Shown piece by piece: positions 23,406 through 34,867 of a DNA stretch of 64,000 nt. The position numbers were made by a program, and so were the translations under genes. The stretch lies in the IMG/VR virus record IMGVR_UViG_3300031344_000001; one strand, written 5' to 3'. How positions within the stretch are numbered: position 1 is the first letter of the stretch; each line of letters starts with the position of its first letter. This DNA is from a virus. Taxonomy: Duplodnaviria; Heunggongvirae; Uroviricota; Caudoviricetes. The notes beneath the pieces were generated by a model. That model saw only the letters and a list, made by a program, of their open reading frames with translations, was not told the origin of the DNA and did not search any database.

Positions 23406-24755
23406 TCACGGCTTGTACTCGTCGGCGCCGAAGTCGCACGCAGAACCCTGAGGCCGCACGTCACCGTCCAGGTCGACAGGATCGACGACGGCGCATTGGC
23501 CCGCGGCGTCGACGACCGTATGGGGAGTGGCCGAGGTCAGGTGAAAATCGAGTGGCGAGGTGACGGGGCTCTTGAACCCGAGGTCAGCCGCGTCGGTGAC
23601 CACGACCAGGGTGTCCCCGAACTGGCAGCCCCCCGCGTCTTGCGTCGCGGCACTGGTCGTCGTCCCCTCCGCATTCTTGTAGATGAGGTTGCCGGAAGCG
23701 GACACGTTCGCGCCCGTGCACGTCACCCCGCCACGATAGATGGCCCCGGCACAGGCGTTGAAAGCGACCGTGTTGAACAGGAAGGTGCTCCCAGGGGTGT
23801 TGGCGATGAGGGTCGCGCCGCCGACCTGGGAGGCGTTGTCACCGCCCGCGGTGCCGTTGTAGACGATGAAGTTGTTGGTGATGTTGAACGCCGTGCCCGT
23901 GCCTGACACGGAGATGCCGCCGCCGGGGTTGCTGGAAATGGTCGATTGCTCGACGATCAGGCTGCCAGCCGCCGTGGAGATGCCGCCACCGGGGTTGTTG
24001 GAGACGGTGGCCCTGATGAGGGAGACCGCAGGGGCGCCGCTCGCGATCGGCACGACGACGCCGTAGCCGCTGGCGTTGTTCGGCCCATCGCTGATCGACA
24101 AGTCGTAGATGGTGAGTGACGTGCCGTCGCCGCTGACCGTGAGAATCGCGCCAGCGCCCGTGCTGCGCGTCAGCTTGGCGGCGCGGTCAGCCAGGAACGT
24201 GACGGTCTGCCCGCTGACCGTCACGGACTGGTCGGTCGTGCCGGTGAACTTCACGAACGGCCGACGGGTCGCGAGCGCCTTGGTCACCGAGGTACACGGC
24301 AGCGCCTTCACGCACGAGCTGTTGTCCGTGCCCGCGGGGTCGACGTACGCGACGCTTGCGTCGTCCCCGCACGAACCGTCAGGCAAGCAGGCCCCCGAGG
24401 CGCAGTCCGCGTGCGCGGAGCAAGCGTGACAAGCGTCGTCACTCCCGCACAGCGGCGTCGTCCCGATGCACGCAGCAGCCTCCGCCTTCGTGCAGACCAC
24501 GCAGGTCGCATCGCCCAGGTCACAGACCGCGGTCGTGCCCGTGCACGCCTGGTCGTTCGCGCAACCCGTCGGCGCCGCGTCGATCGTCAACGACGACGGC
24601 GCGTCGGCGTACGTGACGGCGTTGAAGCCGCAAGCGCCGATTCCCTGCGCGAGGCCGAGGAGGAGGAGGACGCCGAGGTTCGTCGCGACTCCACGAAGGG
24701 CGTCGAAGTCGATGACGATCTTTTGAGATCCTGGATCGCGTTCGTGCTTGGTCAT
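23406..24755 (-). CDS. Secreted/membrane Cys-repeat, beta-helix, choice-of-anchor-Q protein (myxobacterial type)
   Basis: Hydrophobic N-terminal segment ending in GAC; CxxxxxCxxxxxVC repeats; NNPGGGIS repeats; C-terminal DLDGDVRPQGSACDFGADEY. Confidence 0.75.
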   Translation of the reverse strand: MTKHERDPGSQKIVIDFDALRGVATNLGVLLLLGLAQGIGACGFNAVTYADAPSSLTIDAAPTGCANDQACTGTTAVCDLGDATCVVCTKAEAAACIGTTPLCGSDDACHACSAHADCASGACLPDGSCGDDASVAYVDPAGTDNSSCVKALPCTSVTKALATRRPFVKFTGTTDQSVTVSGQTVTFLADRAAKLTRSTGAGAILTVSGDGTSLTIYDLSISDGPNNASGYGVVVPIASGAPAVSLIRATVSNNPGGGISTAAGSLIVEQSTISSNPGGGISVSGTGTAFNITNNFIVYNGTAGGDNASQVGGATLIANTPGSTFLFNTVAFNACAGAIYRGGVTCTGANVSASGNLIYKNAEGTTTSAATQDAGGCQFGDTLVVVTDAADLGFKSPVTSPLDFHLTSATPHTVVDAAGQCAVVDPVDLDGDVRPQGSACDFGADEYKP

Positions 24756-24981
24756 ACCTGTCCCTCCATCAGATCGAGGTCGCTGATCGACCAGCCTTCC
24801 GTGATCATGCGCTCAGTGTCGAGCGCTTGATCCACGGCACGCTCGACGCGCGCGGTAGCCTCGTAGGTCTTCTTCGCCCCGTTGCGGTGAAGCGCGACCG
24901 CAGCGCGGTAGACGGGCTCCACCACGTGCAAGCGCTGACGGAGGCGCCGGATCGTGACGGCCGGATCTTCAGGCACGTTGC

Positions 24982-26103
24982 TCATGGCTTGTCCTCCGTC
25001 GCCGACGTCTCCGGCTTGTAGGTGTGTACGAGCCGAGCGCCCTCCTCAGGTCCCTTCCAGAACGGCGAGATCCACTTGGAAGTGCGCAGGACGCGCTTCG
25101 GACCGTGAGCCTGGTCGCGGTAGTGCCCGCGCACGATAAACCGACTCTTGATGCGGAACGCGATCTCTCGCGCGCCGGCGCGCGCGACGCGCACCAGCTC
25201 GGGGTCGATCTTGATCGTGCGCCCGATCGTCCAGTGCGCGATCGACGCTTGTGGATCCTGGCGCTTCTTCGACAGTCCAGGAAAGTGCTCCGTGATCGCG
25301 CGGTCGACCGCGGTGGCGTACGCCAGCGCGCCAAACACGACACGCTGGATCGTCTTGCGTGCCTCCTTGTCGGCGTCGAGTACGACGTCGTCCGGAAGCT
25401 CCTCCAGCGCAGCCCACGACAGCTCCTCGCGCGGCGCGGTCGTGGTCAGGATCCGGACGCCGTCGGTCGCGTAGATCGTGATCGAGGGTCGCTTCTCACG
25501 ACTCACCGCAACGGAGACGTCCTCACCGAGCTCGCGACTGTCGTTCGCCTCGAAGACGTGGACCTTCGTGTACGACGTGCCCTCCGCGCCGACTGCGAAC
25601 CGGTCTGGGATCATGAAGAGCAGGCCGCCGAACGGCAGCTTCAGGGAGGGCAGGTCGATCCCGCTCGGATCGGTGAGCAACATCGCCGCGACGAAGTCGG
25701 GGGACAAGTCGAAGACGTTGTATCCCGCGCGCGCCCACGCCAGGAGCCAGGGCGCCTCGGCTCCGTACCAGAGGGGGTCGTCTCCCACCGTGCGCGTCAG
25801 CTTGTTCTGCGAAAGCTGATACGGCTTGTTCACCGCGGTGCTCAGCCCATCGAGGCGCTCACCGAGCCCGGGGGTGTTCTGGATGTTCTCGAACGTCGCG
25901 CGTATGCCCTCCAGCCTCTGAACAAGGGCTGTTAAGCCGAGACTCCGCGCACGAGCGAGCGCGTCGTCGACCTTCGCGATGTCCCCGCTCATGTCAGTCA
26001 TCTTGTCGAAGTCCCGCGGCAGCCGCAGGACCGCGTCGGGGTCCGGGTTCACGCGCAGCCACGCCGCGGCGACCTCCATCATGCGCTTGGAGTAGCCGCT
26101 CAC
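24982..26103 (-). CDS. Conserved phage hypothetical protein
   Basis: C-terminal FIVRGHYRDQAHGP..WISPFWKGP motif recurrent in phage proteins. Confidence 0.6.
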   Translation of the reverse strand: MSGYSKRMMEVAAAWLRVNPDPDAVLRLPRDFDKMTDMSGDIAKVDDALARARSLGLTALVQRLEGIRATFENIQNTPGLGERLDGLSTAVNKPYQLSQNKLTRTVGDDPLWYGAEAPWLLAWARAGYNVFDLSPDFVAAMLLTDPSGIDLPSLKLPFGGLLFMIPDRFAVGAEGTSYTKVHVFEANDSRELGEDVSVAVSREKRPSITIYATDGVRILTTTAPREELSWAALEELPDDVVLDADKEARKTIQRVVFGALAYATAVDRAITEHFPGLSKKRQDPQASIAHWTIGRTIKIDPELVRVARAGAREIAFRIKSRFIVRGHYRDQAHGPKRVLRTSKWISPFWKGPEEGARLVHTYKPETSATEDKP

Positions 26104-27808
26104 CGCGTCGCTCCCCTGGAGCGTGCCTCGCGTCGGTCCCACTTCCACGGGTGGACCCGCGCGTGCGGTGGCACGCCGTCCTTCGCGACGCGGCTGACCG
26201 TGATCTGGAGCTGACGGGCCTCCGCCTTCGCCGTCGAGTCCCAGTGGACACGCGACGACGCGCAGGTCACCTGATCAACGCGGTAAGCGAAGCGCGGGCG
26301 CACCTCGGACATGAGGTAGTCCCCGATCCGCGGAGGCGGGCCGACCCACCGGGCACGAAGGTTCATGTGAACTTCCGAAGCTCGTAGTCATCGGGAACCG
26401 CTCTGAAGACGTAATCGTCGTCTGGACGCGGACCATTCAAGGACGCCACGATCGTCTCGACGAAATGCTCCGAAACGCGCTCTGCGATCAACAGGTCATC
26501 CGAGAGACCTGGGCGCTCGCGATTGAAGTGATCGACCAGGATGACCTTCACCGCGCCCCCCGCTTCTTGCGAGAGGGGCGCTGCTGCTCTCGCCGCGCAG
26601 ACGACAGCATGAAACCGTTTCGTTGAGCGCCCTCAAACGCGGCGACAGCCTCGTCGGTCCAGCCCCACCGCGCCCGAGGGACCCCCTCGTAGCAGACGTG
26701 CGCGATGTCCAAGTCGCACTGGAAGCAACTCACCGCTCGGCGGCCTCCGCCGCGTCGATCAGCGCCTGCCCGAGACGACGGGCCTCGTCCGCGCTGAAGT
26801 AGGCCGCGTCGTTCTTGGTCCCAGGCCGCGTCATCATGACGAGGGGACGCTGCATCGAGGACCAGTCGTGCTCGACCTCGTGCCCCGCTACCAACTCTCG
26901 GTACCGGGTGCTCATGGAGTCCTCCGCGCGAAGGGTGAGATCCCAATGTAGACCCGCGCGACACGCACGGTCCCGAGCGGTAGGACGCCCACGAAGTGCC
27001 CTCGGTCGAGGGCCCGCGCGTACTCCACGGGTGCCCGCGGGTTCGGCGCGACGTGCGCCTCCGTCGCGAGGATCTCGTCCCGCGCGTCGAACATTCGCCC
27101 GAGGTCCGCGAGCGCGTCGAGCATCGACGCCCCCTGAGAGGCGACGTCCTCTTCGAGCGCCTGCACCACCCAGGACGACCCCTCGTGGCAGGCGAGCACG
27201 GTCACCCTCACGGCTCGCGCCTCGCGCCCTTCTTCGTCGCCTTCTTGTGCGCGTCGGCGATGAAGTCGATCGCGGCCAGGGCTGCGGCGTAGCGCTTGTC
27301 CCAGCCGTAGTCCTTGCGCGCGTGCGAGGCCGTTCGTTGGTCGAGCACGCAGGCGCGCGCGAACTTGAGACCCTCGACGACATCGTCGGTGACGTTGGGC
27401 CGGCTCACGCGGTCCTCCCCGAGACGGGCACGCGGTCGAGCAGCGCCCGGAGCTGCTGCGCCCACTCGGCAGAGTTGGTGCCGAAGGCGCTGAGGATCGT
27501 CTCGATGCCGGTACGCAGCGCCTGCGCTTCGGTGTCGCGCGCCTTCGCAGCCGCTCTTCCGGCAGCGGAGGCTTCCAACGCGAGCGTCTGGAAGTCAGGC
27601 TCGTTGCCGCCCGGGTAGCGTGCGGGCAAAAAACGCGAGTAGCTCCCGCGTTCGGCGATCCGATCACGGGCGCTCGCGACGAGACTCGCCCAAGCGTGGA
27701 GCACCTCGGCGTCTACGGTGACCCCCACGGAGAGCCCTCGCGCGTACGAGAGCACGAATGCCTCGTCCGCGAGGATGACCGCGCGCGCCTCCGCTCCAGT
27801 GAACGGTG

Positions 27809-28024
27809 TCATGACGAGGACTTCGCTCTCTTCGGGCTGCTCGAAACGGGCAGCTGGACCGGCGGAACAGACGGCGGCAAAGGGGTCACCGCACGGTTGA
27901 GAGTCTTCCGAGCCCACAGCGCGAACGGCTCGTCCGCTTGCTTCGCCGCGCGCTTCCACATGACGAGGTCGCGCTTGCGCACGCGAAACGCGACTTGAGC
28001 GTCGTGAAGATCGCGGCGAGACAC
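27809..28024 (-). CDS. Ribbon-helix-helix-like DNA-binding protein (paralog 2)
   Basis: AQVAFRVRKRDLVMWKRAAKQADEPFALWARKTLN, then a Pro-rich tail. Confidence 0.6.
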   Translation of the reverse strand: MSRRDLHDAQVAFRVRKRDLVMWKRAAKQADEPFALWARKTLNRAVTPLPPSVPPVQLPVSSSPKRAKSSS

Positions 28025-28060
28025 GACTAGCGTTCTACTAGTCCTTGTTTAGACAGTCAA
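28025..28060 (-). promoter_or_regulatory. Sigma70-type promoter (leaderless) with operator palindrome
   Basis: TTGACT-17 bp-TAGAAC-7 bp-GTG; IR GACTAG-N7-CTAGTC (28025-28043) brackets the -10. Confidence 0.65.
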
Positions 28061-28482
28061 GGCGCGTCATCGCGGCAGAGATCACCACGATTGCGCGTCT
28101 GCCCAAGGAAACTGCACTCCCGACCAACTCAAGTGCGAGCATGCTGCCCGCGACGAGTCCGTAGGTCGCAACGCCCCTCAGCGCCACGGCTATCACTGCA
28201 TCAACCGCTGAATGCTTGCCCATTACGGGCCTCCTTCACAGACACGTGATCAACATCGAGATCACCGTGCGCCCTCATCGAGCAGCGGCGCACAGATCGC
28301 CGCGAGGTGCGCGGTGTCAGGGTCGTGCGCAACGCGGTCTCCCAGACCGCCGTCGCGGAGCACCGTGCACAACTCCCGACCGACCGCTGCCGGGGCCTCT
28401 AGATCGCGGGCACGCGTGCTCCAGTGCTTGCTGACGAGGGACATCGCGATGACGATCAGGGCCAATGCTACGACCATGACCC

Positions 28483-30516
28483 TCACGACAGGCCCCCTGC
28501 GCTCACGGCGATCTTCCCCATGCCGTCGTACTCGATCTCAGCGGCGCGCCGGAGGTGGGCCGCGTTAATCGGCACCCGCTCGTCGGCGGCGAGGAAAGCG
28601 GCCCGGAGCGTCGCGTTCCGAATGTAGCCGCCCGACATCTCGAACTGCTGGGCGAGGCCCTTGAGCCCGAGCTGGGCCTCGACGGGTGCCGCGGGCGGCA
28701 GCATCGCACGCCACAAGTCCAGACGTTCGCCTGCATCCGGGACCGTGAAGCGGACGTGGAGTGACAGGCGCCGCTGAAACGCTTGGTCGATCGAGCTCTC
28801 GTGGTTGGTCGTCAAGAGGCAGATGCCCGTGAAGCTCTCCAACCGCTGCAAGAGGTAGTTGGTCTCCTGGTTCGCGTAGCGGTCGTTGCTCGACTTGACG
28901 TCGGTGCGCTTGCCGAACAGCGAGTCCGCCTCGTCGAACAAGAGGATCGCGTGCCCCGCCTCGGCGGCGTCGAACAGTGCTCCGAGCTGCTTCTCCGTCT
29001 CGCCGATCCACTTCGACACGACCTTCGCGAGGTCGACCTGGTACAGCTCGAGGCCGAGGTCGCGCGCGATCAGCGCGGCGATCATCGTCTTGCCCGTCCC
29101 GGGCGGCCCGGAGAACAGCGCGGAGACGCCGAGCCCCTTGCCGACCTTTCTCGCGAAGCCCCAGTCCTCGTAAACGCGGCTGCGCTCGCGTACGCGAGCG
29201 ATCAGCTCCGTCACCGGCGCGAGCTGGTCGGAAGGCAGCACCAGGTCGTCCCACGTCTGGCTCGTGGTCGACCGTCGCGCCAGACCCCCGAGCTTGTCGT
29301 CGAGGACGGAGCGCACGCCGGCCTGGATGTCCGCCGGCGTGACGCGCGGGCCAATCGCGCGAGAGCGTGCGGCCCGCGCCGCGGCGTGGATCAGGGCCGG
29401 CGCGAGCGGGTACTGGCCCGCGAGGTGGGCCGCGTCTTCCGGGGTCCCGTCGCCGAGTGCCGCGAGCCAGAGCGCACCGCGCTGCGCCGAGGTCGGTCCC
29501 AGCAGCTCGACCACGACGACCGGGCGATCCCAGCGGAGGGCCGGGGGTTGCGCCCCGGCGGTGACCAGCACCGGCCCGGGGACCGCAGCTGCCAGCTCGG
29601 CACCGAGCGTCGGTACTCGGTCGGGCACGTTCTCCGTCGGGGACAGCGCCTCGATGTTCACGACCAGCGGGACGCGGTCCAGCAGCCTGCACTCACGGGC
29701 GACGCGGCGCAGCTCCTCGACAAGGCGCGCGGGGTCGCGGCTCAGCGCGCGCGCGTTGACCTGGAGCACCTCAAGCCCGGCCGCGGTCGCGGCGGAGAGC
29801 AGGGACGTTCGGCGCCCGACCCCGGGTGGACCGCTCGCGACGACGACCTGTCCCGTCGGCGCCGCCACCGCCGCGACGAGCAGCGCCGCCGCGGTCTCGT
29901 CGATCGCGAGCTGGCTCAACGCGGGCGCGGCGCCCGGGATCGAGACGCACGCGAGCGCGGGGTCGGGAGAGGCGTCGCCGTGGAGCAGCGCGAGCACGCG
30001 GCGCGCCAGCGTGAACGTGTGCTTGGTCTCGTGCACGTCCGCGCCGCCCCCATCGCTGCGCTCGATCAGCGCGAGCCGACGCAGCGGCGCGTCGGGGCCG
30101 AGCTCGGCGAACGCGCGGCGCGACGGGCGGGCGCCGTACACGACCAGCCGGAGGACTTCGAGCGTGGGGTCGGGCGCGCTACCGCCAGCCAGCGCGATCG
30201 CCAGGGTGCGCGCGTCACCGTCGACCGCGATGGCCGTAAGCAGCCAGACCACCTGCTCCTCGGTCTCGGACAACCCGAGGCGCGATCGCAGCCTCGTCGC
30301 CCCGAGATCGGGGTGAATCGCGCCGCGCGCCGTGATGCGCGCCTGGGTCTGGGCCATCGTCCCGAGGAGGTGCGCCGCGTCGGGTCCGGGCTCCTCGCCG
30401 CGGTGCGCGCGCACGCGCAACTCGAGGTTGGCCGTGAACCACGCGACGTGGTCGGCCAGGTGCTCGAGGTCGAGGCTGCCGTCGTCGAGCGCGGTACCGG
30501 GGGAGGGTTGAAACAT
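28483..30516 (-). CDS. AAA+ ATPase, eCIS-associated (Afp15/Pvc15-like) type
   Basis: Degenerate first P-loop [10 protein letters not shown]; WDDLVLP; [10 protein letters not shown]; [11 protein letters not shown]; LLFDEAD; [14 protein letters not shown]; probable ATG at 30516. Confidence 0.85.
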   Translation of the reverse strand: MFQPSPGTALDDGSLDLEHLADHVAWFTANLELRVRAHRGEEPGPDAAHLLGTMAQTQARITARGAIHPDLGATRLRSRLGLSETEEQVVWLLTAIAVDGDARTLAIALAGGSAPDPTLEVLRLVVYGARPSRRAFAELGPDAPLRRLALIERSDGGGADVHETKHTFTLARRVLALLHGDASPDPALACVSIPGAAPALSQLAIDETAAALLVAAVAAPTGQVVVASGPPGVGRRTSLLSAATAAGLEVLQVNARALSRDPARLVEELRRVARECRLLDRVPLVVNIEALSPTENVPDRVPTLGAELAAAVPGPVLVTAGAQPPALRWDRPVVVVELLGPTSAQRGALWLAALGDGTPEDAAHLAGQYPLAPALIHAAARAARSRAIGPRVTPADIQAGVRSVLDDKLGGLARRSTTSQTWDDLVLPSDQLAPVTELIARVRERSRVYEDWGFARKVGKGLGVSALFSGPPGTGKTMIAALIARDLGLELYQVDLAKVVSKWIGETEKQLGALFDAAEAGHAILLFDEADSLFGKRTDVKSSNDRYANQETNYLLQRLESFTGICLLTTNHESSIDQAFQRRLSLHVRFTVPDAGERLDLWRAMLPPAAPVEAQLGLKGLAQQFEMSGGYIRNATLRAAFLAADERVPINAAHLRRAAEIEYDGMGKIAVSAGGLS

Positions 30517-30976
30517 GCTCGTTCGGTCGGCGCCCCTCACTTGACCTCCCAGACGATCGACCGCACGTTCAGCGTGCGCCGCGGTCGGGGCACACCCTCG
30601 ATCACGACGCCGAAGAGCACCCCGCACTTCAAGCAACGAGTGGGCCCATCGCCGATGACACCCTCAAGCACGTCGTCAGGCGCATCCTCCAGTGAGTACG
30701 TGTCCAGCCGGCAGTCGCCTGACTTGGACTGCCAAGCTTCGCGCGCTCCGCACGCAGGACACGGGACCATCACAGTGTCAAACATGCCCATACAAGCCTC
30801 CCCTGGTACCTATCTGGTTAACGTGCCATTGGCGCACGCCACGCACGCCACGCTCTTGCGCGTCGGGCGCTTGTTCGCCGTCACCCACAAACGGTGGCCG
30901 CACGCGAGGGACAACTCCCAGCGCTTCGGGTTCATTGGCGAAGGGTCCACGCGTAACACGGTCTGTTTCAAGCCAC

Positions 30977-31588
30977 TCACGTTTCGTCCTCTCGCGCCGC
31001 GGCGACGACGGCGAGCGAGACGTCCTTCATCTGACACCGTCCACCATGACCGTCCTTGAGTTGGCACATCAGCCAGCCGTCGGCGGACGTGACCGGGCAC
31101 GCCCTCGCGGCCTCGTACACCGGCCGCATGCGCTCGACCTCGTCGAGTAGCCGTGGCACGAGTGTACGAGATGCCGCGATGAAGGCGCGGTTGGGGGCCG
31201 TCATGTCCCACTGGACGATTTCCCCGTGCGCCAGCACGCCGTGGTCTAGCGCCTCGTTCCACAGGAAGCCTTCGGAGAACACCCACGGTCCTGGCGTCGC
31301 TGCGTCACACAGCTCCCGTGGCGCGTCGCTCTCTCGTGCGCTCACACGCTCGCCGTCGTCCGCCACGCGCTCCTTGGCGTCGAGGGCCTCGGCGCAACGG
31401 GCACCTATCTCCTCCAAGAGTGCGTCGAGTTCGGCGCCTTGGAGCGCCGTCGCGTCGCACGCCCTGCCAAATACGTAGGCTTCCAACGCGATAGCTCCCA
31501 TCGTCGGGGGCTCGGGTCTGACGACGTAGAGCTTACGCTCGGCCAAGACAGCGCGCACAACGCCCGTAATCGTAGAGGCTCTCTGCAT
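30977..31588 (-). CDS. Phage protein with Ead/Ea22-like TPGPW module
   Basis: LCDAATPGPW...NRAFIAASRTLVPRLLDEVERMR. Confidence 0.6.
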   Translation of the reverse strand: MQRASTITGVVRAVLAERKLYVVRPEPPTMGAIALEAYVFGRACDATALQGAELDALLEEIGARCAEALDAKERVADDGERVSARESDAPRELCDAATPGPWVFSEGFLWNEALDHGVLAHGEIVQWDMTAPNRAFIAASRTLVPRLLDEVERMRPVYEAARACPVTSADGWLMCQLKDGHGGRCQMKDVSLAVVAAAREDET

Positions 31589-31592
31589 GCGC

Positions 31593-32699
31593 CTACTGAG
31601 CAGGCCCCGAAGCCGCAGCCGTCGCGGGCGCTCCAGCGGAACCTGTCTTCGCGTCGAGGTCGTGCTCATCGAACGCGGGGCCGACGTAGGGAGCGCGCGG
31701 CGGGATCACCGGCGGGGGCGGCCCCGCAATGCTGTGCGCGCAGCGAAAGGCTGCCGGCCCACTGTCGAGCACTTCCTCTGCTGCCTCACCGATCGTCGCG
31801 CCAGCGCGGCCCTTCACGACGTGGAGCACCTCAGCCTCAGGCGGGTCTTCAGGAGCCTTCCCAATCGGGTCGACCACGTTGGTGGCGCGCCAGTCGACGA
31901 TCGTCCAGCGCCGGTCGATGGTCGGGATCCCGTCCACCGTCACGATGCTGATGTTGGGTTCCGCGCGTGGGTCCCTGAGGTCGGCATGCCCGTTGACCTC
32001 CTTGCTGTGCACGTACCAACGCCCGTCTTCCCAAGGGTCCGCGACCCACTCGCCAACAGTCCCGTACGTGTCGTCCACGCCGTACGGACTGCGGCTGTCA
32101 GGGTAGTGGCCGACGGGCGGCGGGTTGAGGGTGCAGTGCAGGAGGACGTGCTCTTGCGCGGGGACCTCGAAGTCCGAGAGGCTCACGTTGGGCCCCCGCT
32201 GACACGTCGGGACGCTGTTCCCCCACGGGTAGATTCGATCGTCCGCGCTTCCTCGCGCAGCCTTCTCCCACTGCGCCTCCGTCGGGAGTCCCTCGCCGTG
32301 CCAGGCGCAGTACGCGCGCGCCTGCGCCCACGTCACGACCGCCGCGACGGCGTCCTTCTCGGCGACGAAGATGTCCGGGCCTCCCCAAGAGATCACCGGG
32401 GGCTCTCCGACACCCGGCTGGCAGGCCCCCGCACGAACGCACTGCTCGAACTCGCCCCGCGGTACTTGACGACTGTCGACCTCGAAGGACGAGAGCCAGA
32501 CGCGCCGAGGGGGGCGATCGTCCACGCACTGCGCCAGCGTGGCGAACTGAACACCCCGGTACATGCCCGTGCAGCCCGCGGTGTACCAGCCAGCGGCGAC
32601 GACGCGCGGGTGGTTCGGCGCGGCCTTCAACGGGGCCCGTGGTGTGCCCTGACCACACGCCGTACCTGCGACGACCACTAGCAGGAGGAGCATCCTCAC
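31593..32699 (-). CDS. Formylglycine-generating-enzyme (FGE-sulfatase/SUMF1) domain lipoprotein
   Basis: Lipobox-like LLLLVVVAGTA-C; WAQARAYCAW..LPTEAQWEKAARG..YPWGN..SPYGVDD..GTVGEWVAD..FRCA. Confidence 0.85.
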   Translation of the reverse strand: MRMLLLLVVVAGTACGQGTPRAPLKAAPNHPRVVAAGWYTAGCTGMYRGVQFATLAQCVDDRPPRRVWLSSFEVDSRQVPRGEFEQCVRAGACQPGVGEPPVISWGGPDIFVAEKDAVAAVVTWAQARAYCAWHGEGLPTEAQWEKAARGSADDRIYPWGNSVPTCQRGPNVSLSDFEVPAQEHVLLHCTLNPPPVGHYPDSRSPYGVDDTYGTVGEWVADPWEDGRWYVHSKEVNGHADLRDPRAEPNISIVTVDGIPTIDRRWTIVDWRATNVVDPIGKAPEDPPEAEVLHVVKGRAGATIGEAAEEVLDSGPAAFRCAHSIAGPPPPVIPPRAPYVGPAFDEHDLDAKTGSAGAPATAAASGPAQ

Positions 32700-34558
32700 G
32701 CCGGTTCCTTCGACTCGCCCGCGCGCTCCGTCTCGGACTGCGGCGACGTGTCGTCACTCGTCACGGTGACGCCGCGCTGCGCGAGAGGTCGTGCCAAGAC
32801 GAACGCGATGATCTCCTGCGCGCCGCGCTCGGCGTCGACCTCCACGAACTGCTCGGCGTTCGCGTCGGCGGGGACGTGCTCGTGCGGGAGCGCGCTGATC
32901 GCCCCCTCGCGACCGGACTTGCCGTCGACGCGGACGCGCCCCGACTCGTCGCGCGTGATCACCCGTCCGCCGTTCACGACGATGCGCAGCGGGATCTTCG
33001 CTGAGCCGAGGTCGACGTCCGCGAGGCGGTGCGCGACCGCCGCGGCGACGCCGTTCACGCGCGCCTCGGTGATCTGGTAGGGCCCCTTGCCGCTGCCGTA
33101 CCCGAAGTCGGTGACGACGACGTCGAGGAGCCCAGCCGGCGCGTTCGCCGCGAGGTCGCCGTGACCGCCCTTGTCGTTGACCTTGCCGGCGTCGCGCAGG
33201 TCGGTAACTTCCGTCTCGGTGCCCGCTACCTTGGCCACGCCTTGGTGCACCCTGCCTTGGTAGGCCACCCAGGCAACGCTGGTGGCGGTGGTCTGCTTGT
33301 TGTGCGCGCCGTCCTTCGCCGCCTTGAAACTGTCTCCGATAGCGGTCATCGCGGCGGCTCCCATCGCAGGATTTGTGCGCAGCAGGGGACGCAACCTCTT
33401 CTTGGCGTCGAGGACGTTGTCCCCGTTGACGGCTTCCAGCGCGCGGAGCGCGGCCTTCTGGTGGTTGAAGAAGTCCACGATACCGTCGGTGGTCGCCTCC
33501 GATGGCTCCGGGTGATCCAACGCCATCTCGGCGGCCTTCTTGAGACCGTCCTCGACGGCAGCGGTGGCGCCCTCCACGATCAAGGAGTCCTCGTTCTCGA
33601 CAACCTTCGCCATCGCGCGGATCGCTGCCGAGGCCGTGGTGCTCTTCCCCGCGGACTCGATCACTTTCGCGATGTGCCCGACGAGGGCTTTGGACACGAT
33701 GCTGGCGACGCCCGCGGTCCCCATCGTGATCGCGATCTCGAGCAGGTCCTTCCACAGCGGCCCTGGCATGATCGGTGCGGTGTAGTGACTCGCTTCCATC
33801 GCCACCGACTCCACGGCATCCCCTTGCGTGTGGGCCAAGCGCTCGGCGGCCTTCTCGGACGCCGTGGAAGCGTCCTCGAAGGCGTTCACCGCGTTCTGCG
33901 GGTACGGCGTGGGGTCCTGCGCGTCCTTCGCCATCAGCTCCGCACCCTCGCGCTGCGCGTCGGCCGTCGACCTTGCTGCGCTACCGGTCGCGCCACCGGT
34001 CGCGCCACCGCTCGCCACCTCGTCCGCGCCCGCGGGCGCGTCGTCGATCTTGCGCGCGCGCCCCGTCAGCTCGGTCTTCACGTGCTCGACGTGGCCGTCG
34101 CTCCACATCGCCGAGAACGTCACGGTCGTGCCGAAGGCCCCGGTCTGCTTGGGCGCGAACAGCACGGCGATCGCTTGCTGGAACGCCGCCTTGGCATCGG
34201 CCGCGCTGGGCGGGACGAGGAACGTGTACGGCGCCCAGCTCGCGGTGAACGGCGTCCCGTCGGGCACGGTCACCGTGACGATCGTCGGCGGGCGCGTCCC
34301 CTCCAGCAACTCGGGGGGCTGGAGCGAGAACACCTGGCGGCTGCCGAGCACCTGCTCACCGACGTCGAGCGGCCGGCGGAACGTGGTCAGGCGCTGTTGC
34401 CCGAGCCCCCCGTCTCCCTGGTCGCGCGCGCGCTGACTGGAACGCGCGGCCAGGAGGTCGTCGACGTTGGGCGCGAAGCCGTTGGGCCCCGGAGCTTGGG
34501 CATCGACGAGCGGCGCGGCGGACGAGGAGTTGGGCTTGGCTTGCGGTCCGAACGTCAT
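32696..34558 (-). CDS. Large hypothetical protein (Ig-like segment + helical/hydrophobic region), possible secreted cargo
   Basis: GAGGT RBS before ATG 34558; VLFAPKQTGAFGTTVTF..LTGRA resembles choice-of-anchor-D/Ig; coupled to the FGE gene. Confidence 0.65.
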   Translation of the reverse strand: MTFGPQAKPNSSSAAPLVDAQAPGPNGFAPNVDDLLAARSSQRARDQGDGGLGQQRLTTFRRPLDVGEQVLGSRQVFSLQPPELLEGTRPPTIVTVTVPDGTPFTASWAPYTFLVPPSAADAKAAFQQAIAVLFAPKQTGAFGTTVTFSAMWSDGHVEHVKTELTGRARKIDDAPAGADEVASGGATGGATGSAARSTADAQREGAELMAKDAQDPTPYPQNAVNAFEDASTASEKAAERLAHTQGDAVESVAMEASHYTAPIMPGPLWKDLLEIAITMGTAGVASIVSKALVGHIAKVIESAGKSTTASAAIRAMAKVVENEDSLIVEGATAAVEDGLKKAAEMALDHPEPSEATTDGIVDFFNHQKAALRALEAVNGDNVLDAKKRLRPLLRTNPAMGAAAMTAIGDSFKAAKDGAHNKQTTATSVAWVAYQGRVHQGVAKVAGTETEVTDLRDAGKVNDKGGHGDLAANAPAGLLDVVVTDFGYGSGKGPYQITEARVNGVAAAVAHRLADVDLGSAKIPLRIVVNGGRVITRDESGRVRVDGKSGREGAISALPHEHVPADANAEQFVEVDAERGAQEIIAFVLARPLAQRGVTVTSDDTSPQSETERAGESKEPA

Positions 34559-34639
34559 GGTGACCTCGTGCGTGCGAGTGGGTGAGCGCGAGAATGAGGG
34601 ACTAGCGGCGTCCCGCAACAACGCCTGCTTAGCCGGTTG

Positions 34640-34825
34640 TTACCCACGAGGGTGCTTCTTCGCGTAGGCGACAGCGCAGACGGCTTGCGTAAGCGACAGC
34701 CCGAACTCTTTGTGAAGAAGCCGTGCCGGTTGATCGGGATGATCCTCGATCGCCATTCGCGCAAGCTCTACTTGCTCGTCGGTCAAGTAGATCTCCCGCC
34801 GTTGGTCCATTAGGTATGTAGGCAC
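34640..34825 (-). CDS. Small hypothetical protein, lower GC
   Basis: 61-aa ORF in an AT-richer patch. Confidence 0.5.
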   Translation of the reverse strand: MPTYLMDQRREIYLTDEQVELARMAIEDHPDQPARLLHKEFGLSLTQAVCAVAYAKKHPRG

Positions 34826-34867
34826 TCGTTAATCTTTGGGGTGTTAACCGGCTGAGCGTGCGAAGAA

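Noticed and set aside
28783-31059. 758-aa + ORF (likewise 33029..34585, 7777..9693, 15955..17697, 45559..46872)
   Set aside because: Stop-poor shadow or alternate frames over genes with clear motifs; expected at this GC content
31593-32699. FGE/C-lectin-fold gene as a diversity-generating retroelement target
   Set aside because: No reverse transcriptase and no template/variable repeat pair seen in the window
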